64,000 nucleotides of DNA. Source: Eledone cirrhosa. Lineage: Eukaryota. The stretch is taken from assembly GCA_964016885.1 (NCBI GenBank), contig OZ024742.1, positions 334,614,001-334,678,000 of the forward strand. Direction: 5' to 3'. Positions within the stretch are counted from its first letter, which is position 1. Each line of letters opens with the position of its first letter. A program made the translations under genes and the position numbers. Positions 63,934 to 64,000 of the stretch are shown here, piece after piece. The notes below the pieces were generated by a model, which did no database searches, was not told the origin of the DNA, and saw only the letters and a program-made list of their open reading frames with translations.

Positions 63934-64000
63934 TTTCTTTATTAACCACAAGGGTTTACATAAAGTAGACATTAAGGACAGTGCAGGACAATGCAGGACG
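63932..64000 (-). mobile_element. 3' end of a fifth Tx1 copy (the array continues beyond the window)
   Basis: Matches 57869-57937 and follows (AAT)12. Confidence 0.93.

Overview
AT-rich eukaryotic DNA full of microsatellites and almost entirely transposon-derived. The SINE types, element mix and (TA)n/(CA)n/(AAT)n load suggest an invertebrate such as an octopus (inference). No host gene can be supported. Bases 1-38 kb hold Penelope-like retroelements (PLEs; RT plus GIY-YIG), their pLTR remnants inserted in (TA)n, two internally deleted Helitrons, tRNA-derived SINEs, and Tc1/mariner, CRE and RTE fragments. At least 15 minimal hammerhead-ribozyme motifs can be read by eye in the pLTRs. They include canonical cores, a U3:A8 covariant family (TTGAAAA) and an unusual CAGTTGA-core family. 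Many remnants are fold-back (inverted-repeat) insertions joined to (TA)n at both ends. From 38.4 to 64 kb is a head-to-tail array of about 6-kb Tx1/L1-clade LINEs (4 full-length copies plus the end of a fifth), separated by (AAT)n. A Dong/R4-type element sits in the same microsatellite on the opposite strand. In all four full-length Tx1 copies, including one with a divergent ORF1, a 52-53 nt GT-AG mini-intron candidate spans the ORF1 stop and ORF2 ATG and would fuse the two ORFs in frame. Most short ORFs in the track are microsatellite or antisense artefacts.
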